Below, in pieces: positions 1 to 8,428 of a stretch of 32,189 nucleotides of DNA. Every line of letters begins with the position of its first letter. Position 1 is the stretch's first letter. Source of the stretch: a virus (Duplodnaviria; Caudoviricetes); the IMG/VR virus record IMGVR_UViG_3300033148_003224, positions 1 to 32,189 of that record; one strand, given 5' to 3'. A model generated the notes under the pieces. The model saw nothing but the letters and a program-made list of their open reading frames with translations, was not told where the DNA came from and ran no database searches. Position numbers and translations under genes: made by a program.

Positions 1-18
1 ATATCAGAATCAGCCATA

Positions 19-759
19 TCACCCAACCAACCAAGTCTTAACTCTCTTAAAAAATGGTTTATTAAAGTTAGGTCGGATCCTTCTATTTAGATCTAAAGAT
101 GATACATACTCTCTAATATCGTCAATTTCTATATCTGGAAGACCTACGTTGCTTTTGATATCCTTACCTTTTTCTGACATTTTAGAGACCATTTTTGCAA
201 GTGTTAGATCACAATATTCATCTTCCCAGTCAGCGATATAATAAAAACGATCATGTACATTACTTTCTTTTAAAAACAATCCAAACAAAATAGGATCTTT
301 TCTTTTATTAGCCTCTTTAACTTGTTTTCCGACTTCATCTGTATAATCTGTGAATACAACACAAAATTCATCAAATATCTTTTCCTTTTTAAGTTTTACA
401 ACTTTATCAGCGATGTCATCTGGAATCTCACGAGGATATTTTTTTAACTCAATAGTCTTTACAGATTTATTTGCAACATTATCAATAAAATCATCAATAT
501 CATCACGATAAACAAATGTATTGAATCCCATGTCAAGCAATTTTTGTTCTTTTTCAACAACATCAAGTGTAAATAAAAGCTTTTCCATTGCAGTATCCTG
601 TCCCATTGCGTGAGCTTTTTTCAAAAGGATCTCTGTATTTTTATAAAGCTTCTTAAGATACTTATTTGAGGTTACCTTCTTGCGTGATTTAACCTTATTA
701 AAGTATTCAATTGGGTCTAGTTCTTTTTTTACTTCTGTCTTTTTATCTTTTTTTATCAT
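19..759 (-). CDS. phage hypothetical protein (246 aa)
   Basis: Long ORF with AAAAGGA RBS; globular C-terminal motif DPILFG...DRFYYIADWEDEYCDLTL; function not recognised. Confidence 0.8.
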   Translation of the reverse strand: MIKKDKKTEVKKELDPIEYFNKVKSRKKVTSNKYLKKLYKNTEILLKKAHAMGQDTAMEKLLFTLDVVEKEQKLLDMGFNTFVYRDDIDDFIDNVANKSVKTIELKKYPREIPDDIADKVVKLKKEKIFDEFCVVFTDYTDEVGKQVKEANKRKDPILFGLFLKESNVHDRFYYIADWEDEYCDLTLAKMVSKMSEKGKDIKSNVGLPDIEIDDIREYVSSLDLNRRIRPNFNKPFFKRVKTWLVG

Positions 760-811
760 AATTATTTCCTTTTAGTTCTGTGCAGAGGAATTTCACCCCT
801 GCTTTATATTA

Positions 812-1147
812 CTACTTGCTATAATTATCTATAGCATCGTCTTTGTTGCCAAATACTATTACCGTTGGATAAATCTCTTTATTCCCTTGTGTAGTACGAA
901 TAGTTGTTGTGCTTTTATCGCTTTTTAATACAGTACCAGACATAAGTTTATCCTTTATTATACAATATACAGATAAACCTTTTTTATGTATTGTAATAAC
1001 ATGTTTTTTGTCTTTGGTGACTTTAAGAAAATAATAAAACTCACCTTTTGAACAACACCAGCCTGAATAAAATATAAACCCACTAACATATCTAGCAAAG
1101 TTCTTGCAAGATAAGCATTTGTTAACTTCTTTTTTACAGTTATTCAT
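812..1147 (-). CDS. hypothetical protein with Cys-rich N-terminus
   Basis: ORF track; CxxC...CC motif; in the leftward operon. Confidence 0.65.
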   Translation of the reverse strand: MNNCKKEVNKCLSCKNFARYVSGFIFYSGWCCSKGEFYYFLKVTKDKKHVITIHKKGLSVYCIIKDKLMSGTVLKSDKSTTTIRTTQGNKEIYPTVIVFGNKDDAIDNYSK

Positions 1148-1158
1148 ATAAATTTAGT

Positions 1159-1311
1159 TTAAAGTTTAGCTTTTTTAAAGATATACAAAGATCCGTTATT
1201 AGAGCATATACCACTTCTTAATTTCCATCCGTTTACTTTTTGAGTAAAACTGGAACAGCCCCAACATTTAATTGATGACTTCTTACATCTTTTTTTAGTT
1301 TTTCTTTTCAT
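1159..1311 (-). CDS. small basic Cys-rich protein (50 aa, not in ORF track)
   Basis: Hand translation MKRKTKKRCKKSSIKCWGCSSFTQKVNGWKLRSGICSNNGSLYIFKKAKL; fills an operon gap and resembles the N-terminus of the next gene. Confidence 0.55.
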   Translation of the reverse strand: MKRKTKKRCKKSSIKCWGCSSFTQKVNGWKLRSGICSNNGSLYIFKKAKL

Positions 1312-1345
1312 AGAATAATAGTTTTAATAATAGTTAAATTCTTTT

Positions 1346-1690
1346 TTAATCCACCTTTACCCAGTCCGTTGCTGTCATGTTATCCACATGAATCTGCTGT
1401 ATAATTTTATCACCATTTTTAGCTGAGATTAAAACATACTCACCGTCTGAGGTTATACTTGCGTAACTAACCCAACTCTCACGTCTCCACTTCTCATCAC
1501 TCAAAACACCATTCATTGCTTCAATATATTCAGCAGACAAGCGTATAATTCCTAACACACTGTAAACAATATCAGGGCAGTTACGACGCTCTTTTTCAAT
1601 ATCATTGATATACTGAGGTGATAATCCACATTTTTCAGCTAATTCTTTTTGTGTCATCTTAAGAAATTTTCTTTTATCGCTTACTTTCAT
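1346..1690 (-). CDS. XRE-family HTH protein fused to a DUF2829/Tad2-like C-terminal domain
   Basis: MTQKELAEKCGLSPQYINDIEKERR is a clear XRE HTH; the C-terminus EAM...KWRRESW...MTATDWVKV follows the DUF2829 pattern. Confidence 0.75.
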   Translation of the reverse strand: MKVSDKRKFLKMTQKELAEKCGLSPQYINDIEKERRNCPDIVYSVLGIIRLSAEYIEAMNGVLSDEKWRRESWVSYASITSDGEYVLISAKNGDKIIQQIHVDNMTATDWVKVD

Positions 1691-1718
1691 CTCATTTCCT
1701 TTTGTTTATTACTATTCA

Positions 1719-1883
1719 TTATCCTTTATTTTTATATATTTCCCACAAGATTTTAGACTTTTCTTTATATATAGATTTTTCACCCATTATATTTATAACC
1801 TTACTTAATTTTATAATTTCATCAGAAATTTCAATCCAATCTTTATTCTTCCATTTATCATAGTATTCTTGTGAGTTCCACAT
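1719..1883 (-). CDS. hypothetical protein (54 aa, not in ORF track)
   Basis: Hand translation MWNSQEYYDKWKNKDW...EIYKNKG; AAGGAG RBS. Confidence 0.6.
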   Translation of the reverse strand: MWNSQEYYDKWKNKDWIEISDEIIKLSKVINIMGEKSIYKEKSKILWEIYKNKG

Positions 1884-1888
1884 CTTGC

Positions 1889-2194
1889 TTACTCCTTATC
1901 TCCTGTTAGTTCTTTGATCTTGTTTAGTGTTTCCTTAGCATAATCAGCTATCATTTTAAGCTCACCACTATTCCATTTCGTTAGATTGCTAAACTTTTCC
2001 ACAGCAATATCTAATGCTTGTTTGAGGTTTTTATTTTCTTCATTAAAATATCTTTCAGTAATCATTAAAACCTGTTCAGTAAAACTTCGTGCTGATACCG
2101 TTTTCCCTCTTTGTAACGATTCAATATAAATCTTAAACTGGAAAAACATATCATCTACATCATTTTCAACTTGAACTCTTTCAATTTGCTTCAT
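1889..2194 (-). CDS. hypothetical coiled-coil protein
   Basis: ORF with GAGGG RBS in the operon. Confidence 0.7.
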   Translation of the reverse strand: MKQIERVQVENDVDDMFFQFKIYIESLQRGKTVSARSFTEQVLMITERYFNEENKNLKQALDIAVEKFSNLTKWNSGELKMIADYAKETLNKIKELTGDKE

Positions 2195-2205
2195 ACTACC
2201 GCCCT

Positions 2206-2397
2206 CTATTCTTTAAATCGTTGTTCTTTATTGAATTCAATATCATCTATCAACCAATTTGATGATGCAGTTAATATCGCAGCAGGTAATATTACCAACC
2301 ATGTTAAAATGTTACACAAACACAACATAAGTGCTATTACGAAAAACCATTCGATTACACAATTGCATTTAACTAATAAATTTTTGTTACTATTCAT
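2206..2397 (-). CDS. small two-TM membrane protein
   Basis: Start reassigned to MNSNK (GAGGA RBS, downstream of the promoter at 2434-2462); two hydrophobic stretches. Confidence 0.65.
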   Translation of the reverse strand: MNSNKNLLVKCNCVIEWFFVIALMLCLCNILTWLVILPAAILTASSNWLIDDIEFNKEQRFKE

Positions 2398-2433
2398 AAC
2401 TTCCTCTTTTATTAACTCATTACTATAAGATAT

Positions 2434-2462
2434 ACTATATACTAAAAAATATACCAAGTCAA
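2434..2462 (-). promoter_or_regulatory. sigma70-type promoter, conserved repeat copy 1
   Basis: TTGACT-TGGTATATTTTTTAGTA(17)-TATAGT. Confidence 0.8.
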
Positions 2463-2470
2463 CTTCTTGT

Positions 2471-3124
2471 TTAAAAATCTGGAACATAGTCATCTTTCCT
2501 AGTGTCTATCTTTTTTAATGAGTTTTTGATAACGTTTTTTAAGCTATCATGAGTATATAGTTCTTTTTTATCCTTATCCTTGGGCAGAAACTTAAAGAAC
2601 AACCCCTCATAGTCTTTGTTTTGGATAAATAGAGCTAATCTAATCTCATTAGATAACTTCTTTTGTCCGTTATGTGAGTAATTATTGTATTTTTCTGTAT
2701 TTAATTTCATATCCTCTTTTACAGCTTCTTGGTAAGCGTATGATAAATCTTGGTACCAAAAAACATAACCTTGTTCATGCCACCAAGATGTTTGAGCTAC
2801 TTTTAGGTCATACCATTTCTTAGCTTCTTTGTACTGTTTTGTTAATTCAGCAGGTACAGAGTTCTTTTTTTCAAGGATAATTTCATCTTGTTTTTTAAGA
2901 ACTGCTTTAATTTGACGTATTGTAGGTGGTGTCTTTAATCCTTTCCAAGTGTATAGATTATCAAGTGCATCTTCAAGTTTTGCTAATGTGTAACCATCAA
3001 ATGAATCGTTCCAAAGTTTATGTATTTTTTTAGGATCAGTATCATCTTTAAATGGATAGCCACCCCACATATCTTTAATGCTTTCGAATAATTGTTTTAT
3101 TTTATCATTGTTCATTTTAATCAT
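2471..3124 (-). CDS. putative replicative helicase loader/inhibitor (lambda P / G39P-like position)
   Basis: Directly downstream of the initiator; W...F..Y....L..AL...PPTIRQI motif. Confidence 0.5.
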   Translation of the reverse strand: MIKMNNDKIKQLFESIKDMWGGYPFKDDTDPKKIHKLWNDSFDGYTLAKLEDALDNLYTWKGLKTPPTIRQIKAVLKKQDEIILEKKNSVPAELTKQYKEAKKWYDLKVAQTSWWHEQGYVFWYQDLSYAYQEAVKEDMKLNTEKYNNYSHNGQKKLSNEIRLALFIQNKDYEGLFFKFLPKDKDKKELYTHDSLKNVIKNSLKKIDTRKDDYVPDF

Positions 3125-3740
3125 CCTTTAGGACTTCGTCCCAGTTTATACGTTTATCACTATCTTGCTTAACTTCCTTTCTTTCAAATAAACCCTTCCA
3201 ACCATTACCTCTGCTTTGAATAACACTATCCATAGGTTTAGAAAGCTTTTGAAGTTGCTTGTATTGAAACAACCACTGTTCTTCTTTTTTTAAATCAGAT
3301 CTATATTTTAACCAAATACGTAAAGGCTCTTGATAAAGAGCATCACAAGATAAAATAAACTTTTCTGTTTTATCTTTTTTCTTATCTATTCTCTTCTCAT
3401 CTCTTCTTATCTCTTCTGTTGATACGGAAAGCGCGCTGTCCGCACTCTGTTCGCGCGCTGAATTATTCACAACACCTTGTTTTTTAGTATAATTCAACTT
3501 ATCATTATTACGTTTATGTTTTACTTTTTTAATCTGATTTTGAATCAACTCGTGAGTAACTCCAGAGTAACTCGATACAAACTTCATCTCTTTTTGATTT
3601 AAAATACGACAAAGTTGTGCTTTTGTTGGTTCAGTTTCTAGTTGGCAATGTATAGCCTGATATTTAATCAATGCTAATAATTCACTATTTTTGAATTCAG
3701 ATAGAAGAATACTATCTATTGGTATTTTGATCCATTCCAT
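3117..3740 (-). CDS. phage replication initiator protein
   Basis: N-terminal WIKIP, low-complexity linker with DNA repeats, C-terminal W..YR...IQSRGNGWKGLF motif typical of phage initiators. Confidence 0.7.
   Translation of the reverse strand: MEWIKIPIDSILLSEFKNSELLALIKYQAIHCQLETEPTKAQLCRILNQKEMKFVSSYSGVTHELIQNQIKKVKHKRNNDKLNYTKKQGVVNNSAREQSADSALSVSTEEIRRDEKRIDKKKDKTEKFILSCDALYQEPLRIWLKYRSDLKKEEQWLFQYKQLQKLSKPMDSVIQSRGNGWKGLFERKEVKQDSDKRINWDEVLKDD
3391..3460. repeat. iteron-like repeats, candidate replication origin
   Basis: CTCTTCT at 3391/3401/3411 (10-bp period) and GCRCKCTG at 3431/3442/3453 (11-bp period), inside the initiator gene. Confidence 0.55.
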
Positions 3741-3897
3741 TTCCTCGTTCCCCCTCGTTGATTACCATTAAAACATCTTCTTCAAGCTTTTGAAGATTGA
3801 TCGATACAATTTTAAGCATAGCAGGTGTAAAGTCTCTAAATTGCTTTAGATCCTCTTCCATACGCTTATAATGTTTTGAGAAATGTTTCTTAATCAT
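3712..3897 (-). CDS. hypothetical protein
   Basis: Strong GAGGAGG RBS; overlaps the initiator start. Confidence 0.7.
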   Translation of the reverse strand: MIKKHFSKHYKRMEEDLKQFRDFTPAMLKIVSINLQKLEEDVLMVINEGERGNGMDQNTNR

Positions 3898-3939
3898 CTC
3901 GCCTCCTCGTTTTTTTAATTAGCCTTCGCGCTAAACGTA

Positions 3940-3968
3940 ACAGTATGATTGTTAATACTAAAAGTCAA
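3940..3968 (-). promoter_or_regulatory. sigma70-type promoter for the replication genes
   Basis: TTGACT-N17-TACTGT. Confidence 0.6.
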
Positions 3969-3974
3969 CAAGAA

Positions 3975-4112
3975 TTAAGGACGACACATATGATATGCTG
4001 TATCCTTACTAAATCCTTGTCCTATAAGATTATCTACACATCCTCCGCCAGACATACCTACAAGTATGATAGCTGTTAATACCAAAATCATACAGATCCA
4101 AAATTTATTCAT
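3975..4112 (-). CDS. small membrane/secreted peptide (45 aa, not in ORF track)
   Basis: MNKFWICMILVLTAIILVGMSGGGCVDNLIGQGFSKDTAYHMCRP; AAGGAG RBS; first gene after the leftward promoter. Confidence 0.7.
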   Translation of the reverse strand: MNKFWICMILVLTAIILVGMSGGGCVDNLIGQGFSKDTAYHMCRP

Positions 4113-4154
4113 AACACTCTCCTTTTATAAAGTTAATCAATCTTGATAAAACTC

Positions 4155-4183
4155 ATTGTATACTAAAAAATATACCAAGTCAA
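4155..4183 (-). promoter_or_regulatory. sigma70-type promoter, conserved repeat copy 2 (leftward member of the divergent pair)
   Basis: TTGACT-TGGTATATTTTTTAGTA-TACAAT. Confidence 0.8.
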
Positions 4184-4193
4184 CCCCCAAAAT

Positions 4194-4210
4194 AATAGAT
4201 TTTATCTATT
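4194..4210. promoter_or_regulatory. palindromic operator candidate
   Basis: AATAGAT-TTT-ATCTATT between the divergent promoters, overlapping the rightward -35. Confidence 0.5.
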
Positions 4211-4237
4211 GACTTTAGATATATTTATTAGTATGAT
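4209..4237 (+). promoter_or_regulatory. rightward sigma70-type promoter
   Basis: TTGACT-N17-TATGAT. Confidence 0.75.
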
Positions 4238-4249
4238 TAAAATAAAGCA

Positions 4250-4447
4250 ATGGAGGACGAAATGAGTATTGGCGAAAAAGTAATGAGATGGATCGTGATA
4301 CCTTTCGGACTAACTATTCAGAAACTCTCAGAGGAAATTAGTATTTCTGAAGACATTATTGATAAATTTCTTCACGGTGATATAAGTGTCTTTGAAGAGG
4401 TATACAATGCTTTATTAAACCATTTTGGTTGTGATCACTTAAAATAA
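4250..4447 (+). CDS. small HTH regulator (Cro/HigA-like)
   Basis: GLTIQKLSEEISISEDIIDKFLHG HTH-like; first rightward gene; true start may be ATG 4262 (GGAGG RBS). Confidence 0.65.
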   Translation: MEDEMSIGEKVMRWIVIPFGLTIQKLSEEISISEDIIDKFLHGDISVFEEVYNALLNHFGCDHLK

Positions 4448-4456
4448 AGGTATAAT

Positions 4457-4831
4457 ATGAACTTAGATAAAAAATACTTAGCTTCAAATGGGGATATTGT
4501 TTTACTCAAACATTTTGAGCGAGTTAAAAAAGGAGTTAATCATGTTGGATACTCATTCAATTACCACAATGAAGATTTTGAAGGTATGGAAGCGGAAGGG
4601 CCTATGTGTGCAAAAGCAGCGCAGTTCCTTTGTATTGCAAAGATTGAATATTATGCACATGGCTACAAAGCCAAAAGGCCGAGAAAACTTCCTAAAAATG
4701 CGATGGGGTATATAGTTACAACAGGCGTGTATAACGTTTATCCTGCAGACTTTGATATTGATAAATATTTAAAAGAAATCCAAAAGAACCTAAAGAAAAA
4801 TAAGGAGAAGACTAATGCTACATTCCATTAA
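4457..4831 (+). CDS. hypothetical protein
   Basis: ORF with AAGG RBS. Confidence 0.7.
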   Translation: MNLDKKYLASNGDIVLLKHFERVKKGVNHVGYSFNYHNEDFEGMEAEGPMCAKAAQFLCIAKIEYYAHGYKAKRPRKLPKNAMGYIVTTGVYNVYPADFDIDKYLKEIQKNLKKNKEKTNATFH

Positions 4832-5030
4832 ACGGAAACTAATTGCCTCCACTTTGAAAACTGTAAATTACACAAAGGTTTTTAAACTGATCAATGACCT
4901 AGGATACACTGCAAAGAAACGTGGTGATAAACTACACGTAACTGATAAGAGTAATAAACTTTTTAAAATATATAATCGTACAGATAAGATTCATGGTGAA
5001 ATATTAGCTGATATCATTACTAAATATTAA
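4815..5030 (+). CDS. hypothetical protein
   Basis: AAGGAG RBS. Confidence 0.7.
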   Translation: MLHSIKRKLIASTLKTVNYTKVFKLINDLGYTAKKRGDKLHVTDKSNKLFKIYNRTDKIHGEILADIITKY

Positions 5031-5039
5031 AGGAATAAA

Positions 5040-5279
5040 ATGAATATAAGAAAAATCAAGTATCTTAAAAAAGGTGAACGATTATTAGTTCTTCGTGATG
5101 ATTGGAAGAAAAAGCTAAAAACATCACGTGAGTTATATTACATGTTTAGAGAGTTGAAAGCTGCTATCCTTGATTATACTGATGAGAAAGATCTTATTCC
5201 ATCTAAGCAGTCACAATACAAAGTACAAAGAGAAAGTAATAATCTTGGGAATTACGATTATTATTTGGTAAAGGGGTAG
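5040..5279 (+). CDS. hypothetical protein
   Basis: AAGGA RBS. Confidence 0.7.
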   Translation: MNIRKIKYLKKGERLLVLRDDWKKKLKTSRELYYMFRELKAAILDYTDEKDLIPSKQSQYKVQRESNNLGNYDYYLVKG

Positions 5280-5281
5280 AT

Positions 5282-5467
5282 ATGACGAAGGAAGAAGCTT
5301 TAAAAAAAGGTATTTTAAAATTCAAAGTTCCTAATGAAAGTTATGATTACATAATGAATAAAGATGGTTCATACGATCATATTGATAAAAGAGGATGTAA
5401 ATCAGGAGTGCCTGTCTATCAAATCCTAACTAACTTAGACGAACAAGTAACAATAATAGAGGAATAG
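5282..5467 (+). CDS. hypothetical protein
   Basis: AGGGG RBS, tight packing. Confidence 0.65.
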   Translation: MTKEEALKKGILKFKVPNESYDYIMNKDGSYDHIDKRGCKSGVPVYQILTNLDEQVTIIEE

Positions 5468-5548
5468 ATGACACAGGAAGAACAGATAATATATTGGTCA
5501 GCTTTGATATTATTATTCTGGTATCTTATATGGAGTATTAGACGTTAA
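5468..5548 (+). CDS. 26-aa single-TM peptide (not in ORF track)
   Basis: MTQEEQIIYWSALILLFWYLIWSIRR; GAGGA RBS; abuts the previous stop. Confidence 0.55.
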   Translation: MTQEEQIIYWSALILLFWYLIWSIRR

Positions 5549-5603
5549 CTATGGTAGGGAGTGGATCCCAAAGACATTTTCTACCAAACTAAAAGGATAA
5601 GTA

Positions 5604-5792
5604 ATGAAATGGATTAAGAGATTATTTTGTAGGCATGTGTGGAAAACAGAACAATCATCAAAAAATCATAACATTGTAGACTCGAGAGATTATTTTTGCA
5701 TAAAATGCGGAAAGGTCTTGAATATGTATTGGGATATTTCTAAAGGTAAAATAACACGCGATAATTATTTCAATAATAAAAAGGATAAGTAA
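5604..5792 (+). CDS. small Zn-binding phage protein (DUF1660-like)
   Basis: KRLFCRHVW...CIKCGK motif. Confidence 0.65.
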   Translation: MKWIKRLFCRHVWKTEQSSKNHNIVDSRDYFCIKCGKVLNMYWDISKGKITRDNYFNNKKDK

Positions 5793-6268
5793 TGGATAGT
5801 TCAAGATTTAAATTTAGAGCGTGGAATACTAAAAGAAAACTTTATATAGGGGAAGATTATTCTAGTAATTGGCTTGATGAGCGTGATGAATGGTGGGCAA
5901 ATGAACAGCTTATGATAATGACTAATATAAATGAATTAAATAAGGAAAGGGGTAAATGGAATGATAAAAAGGGCGATTTTGAGTCTTTTTATACTAATAA
6001 TTTCATCATAGAACAATGCACAGGATTAAGGGATAGTACTAGAACAGAGGATTATCCTGATGGAAAGCTTATTTATGAAGGAGATTTGCTTCAAAATGAT
6101 GTATTGACAAGCCCAGCTTATACAGTGAGGTATTCTAAATCTGAGCTTACTTATAAATTGAGTGCTTTGACTGATGATGGCCCAGTTAATTTTCCGCTAT
6201 TTAAAATTTTAAACAGAATGTTAGTAATCGGAAACATACATGAAAACTCAGAACTGTTAAAGGAATAA
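5792..6268 (+). CDS. YopX family protein
   Basis: FKFRAW...EQCTGLRD...GKLIYEGD...VIGNIHENSELL signature. Confidence 0.9.
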   Translation: MDSSRFKFRAWNTKRKLYIGEDYSSNWLDERDEWWANEQLMIMTNINELNKERGKWNDKKGDFESFYTNNFIIEQCTGLRDSTRTEDYPDGKLIYEGDLLQNDVLTSPAYTVRYSKSELTYKLSALTDDGPVNFPLFKILNRMLVIGNIHENSELLKE

Positions 6269-6331
6269 ATAATGGATGATAAGATTGAGGTTAGAATAAC
6301 ATTAACTGATACAACAAATAGAGGTTAAGTA

Positions 6332-6586
6332 ATGAATGATAAAAAGACGATTGGGATAACTGTAAAAGAAAAACATAATGATATTGGAAAGACGTTATGT
6401 GCTGTATTTGAGATTGGTATGGATAAAGATCTCTACGATGACAGAAAGAAAACAATATACAGACTTCTAGGGTTAGAAATAGACAGGCTAGTAAATAATG
6501 GATGTGACGTAAAACAAAGCATCATTGATAAGAAGAAACGTAAGAGTGAATTGTTTAACACAATTAAAGAAGGCGGTGATTTTTAA
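6332..6586 (+). CDS. hypothetical protein
   Basis: GAGG RBS. Confidence 0.65.
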   Translation: MNDKKTIGITVKEKHNDIGKTLCAVFEIGMDKDLYDDRKKTIYRLLGLEIDRLVNNGCDVKQSIIDKKKRKSELFNTIKEGGDF

Positions 6587-6605
6587 TATCACACAGGAGT
6601 AAGAT

Positions 6606-7013
6606 ATGACTAAAAAAGACCATGAACAAACCGTGAACAAAAACGCGGGTAAAACGCGGAAAGATGGAATGCCTGTGGGAACACCGTTCACACCCAAAGA
6701 TCAACCATCACCAGAAGCTAAGAAAGCAGGGTGGGCTAAGGCAAAAACACGCAAAGATCTTGCTGATATGCTGTTCCAACAACTTACAAGCCTTGGTACA
6801 TTCGATAAAGCTATGACACAGATTGACAAGAAGGTTGATGATGGTACACTAAAAGAACTTATTGATGTAACACGTATCATATCACCACCTGATAAACAGG
6901 AGATAGGCGGAGAAGTGCATCATTCACATAGTTTGTTTATAGAGAAGGCAAAAGGGAGAGCAAATAATGTTCAACAACGAAACATTGGAAGCGATAAGAA
7001 AAAGCCTGGTTGA
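6606..7013 (+). CDS. terS: terminase small subunit (putative)
   Basis: Immediately upstream of and overlapping TerL; GTPFTPKDQPSPEAKKAG motif; AGGAG RBS. Confidence 0.7.
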   Translation: MTKKDHEQTVNKNAGKTRKDGMPVGTPFTPKDQPSPEAKKAGWAKAKTRKDLADMLFQQLTSLGTFDKAMTQIDKKVDDGTLKELIDVTRIISPPDKQEIGGEVHHSHSLFIEKAKGRANNVQQRNIGSDKKKPG

Positions 7014-8418
7014 TTACAGGTATGTTTGTTTAGTCCAAGATGAAGCAGATGAACTTGATCCTGCTGATTTTCATTACACTCTTTCCAATCTACTACTTGA
7101 AGAAAAGAAACACGTTGCTATTGAGATGTTCCGTGAAAGCGGTAAATCATCCTATGCATTACGTGCGTTTCCTTTATATTGTTTATCATATCCAAAACGT
7201 CAAAACGATTACATAGTATTACTTAAAGGTAATCAACGTACAGCATCATCTAAACTTAAAGAAATTATTAACGAGTATGAAACAAACCCTCTCGTATCAC
7301 ATAACCTTGTTAAAATACATGAGAAATCAATGAATGCATTCTCTGTTGATGTGAGGAATGAGGATGGAGAAGTAATCAACGTACGCATAGAAGCTTATGG
7401 TAAAGGATCAGCAATCCGTGGGTTATCTAATAATGATCGTCGGCCAAAGATTATCATAGCAGATGATATCCAAGATAAAGAAGATGCTAGATCTGAGACT
7501 GTTGTTGAAACAGATTGGGATTGGTTCTTATCAGATGTATTATTCTTAGGTAAGAAGTCACGTATATTCTTAATTGGTAACAATCTAGGAGAAAGATGTA
7601 TAATAGAACGAGTACTAAACAACTGTGATGAATTAAACTTTAAAGGTATACGTGTTCCTGTTATGGAAAATGGAAAACCTACGTGGCCAGCAAAGGATAC
7701 AATAGCTGATATTGAGAAAGAAAAAGCTAATTTTGCATCACTTGGTAAGTTAGATATTTGGTATGCAGAGAAAATGTGTCAGTCTGTATCAGAAGAAGGA
7801 AGGGTATTTAAAGAAGAAGATTATGTTTATTATGATTGGGACCATAGACGTGGATTGATCAATGATACTAATATTTATGCGTGTCTTGATCCAGCATCAT
7901 CTACTAGACCTGATAGTTGTTTAAGAGCCATTACAGTTACTGGTGTTGATCATAAGAATAATTGGTACCTGTTAGATGCTAAGTTTGGTAGATGGGACTC
8001 TGCTATACTCGTTGATTACATATTTAATACAGTAGTTGAATATAATCTAACAACGTTCTATATTGAGAAAGGGATCTTTGAACAAGTATTAAAACCTTTT
8101 ATCATGCAAGAACAGAAGAAGAGAAATATATTCTTCAACATAGTTCCGTTAGAACATGCAAAGGTTGGATCAAAGTTAGACCGTATTAAGATATTACAAC
8201 CACGATTTAAAGCTCATTCTATCTTTTTCCCTAAGTCACCAAGTGCTCCTTGGATGTCAGAGGTTAAATCAGAGCTTGCAGGAGTGACTAAAGATGCTAT
8301 AAAGTCACAGTATATTGATGTTATTGATGCGCTAGCGATGACAACACAGGTAGCAAAGCCTGTTCATAACAGAAGAAAAAGCAATCCAACAACAGCAAAA
8401 ACAGATTTCACATGGTAA
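6967..8418 (+). CDS. terL: terminase large subunit
   Basis: Walker A-like FRESGKS, Walker B IIIADD, nuclease ACLDPAS...D and DVIDAL. Confidence 0.92.
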   Translation: MFNNETLEAIRKSLVDYRYVCLVQDEADELDPADFHYTLSNLLLEEKKHVAIEMFRESGKSSYALRAFPLYCLSYPKRQNDYIVLLKGNQRTASSKLKEIINEYETNPLVSHNLVKIHEKSMNAFSVDVRNEDGEVINVRIEAYGKGSAIRGLSNNDRRPKIIIADDIQDKEDARSETVVETDWDWFLSDVLFLGKKSRIFLIGNNLGERCIIERVLNNCDELNFKGIRVPVMENGKPTWPAKDTIADIEKEKANFASLGKLDIWYAEKMCQSVSEEGRVFKEEDYVYYDWDHRRGLINDTNIYACLDPASSTRPDSCLRAITVTGVDHKNNWYLLDAKFGRWDSAILVDYIFNTVVEYNLTTFYIEKGIFEQVLKPFIMQEQKKRNIFFNIVPLEHAKVGSKLDRIKILQPRFKAHSIFFPKSPSAPWMSEVKSELAGVTKDAIKSQYIDVIDALAMTTQVAKPVHNRRKSNPTTAKTDFTW

Positions 8419-8428
8419 AGGAGAAATA

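Noticed and set aside
782-802. Minus-strand hairpin GCAGGGGTGAAATTCCTCTGC resembling an FMN-riboswitch or tRNA T-loop
   Set aside because: Only an isolated hairpin; the rest of the riboswitch or cloverleaf is absent and the intergenic space is ~50 nt
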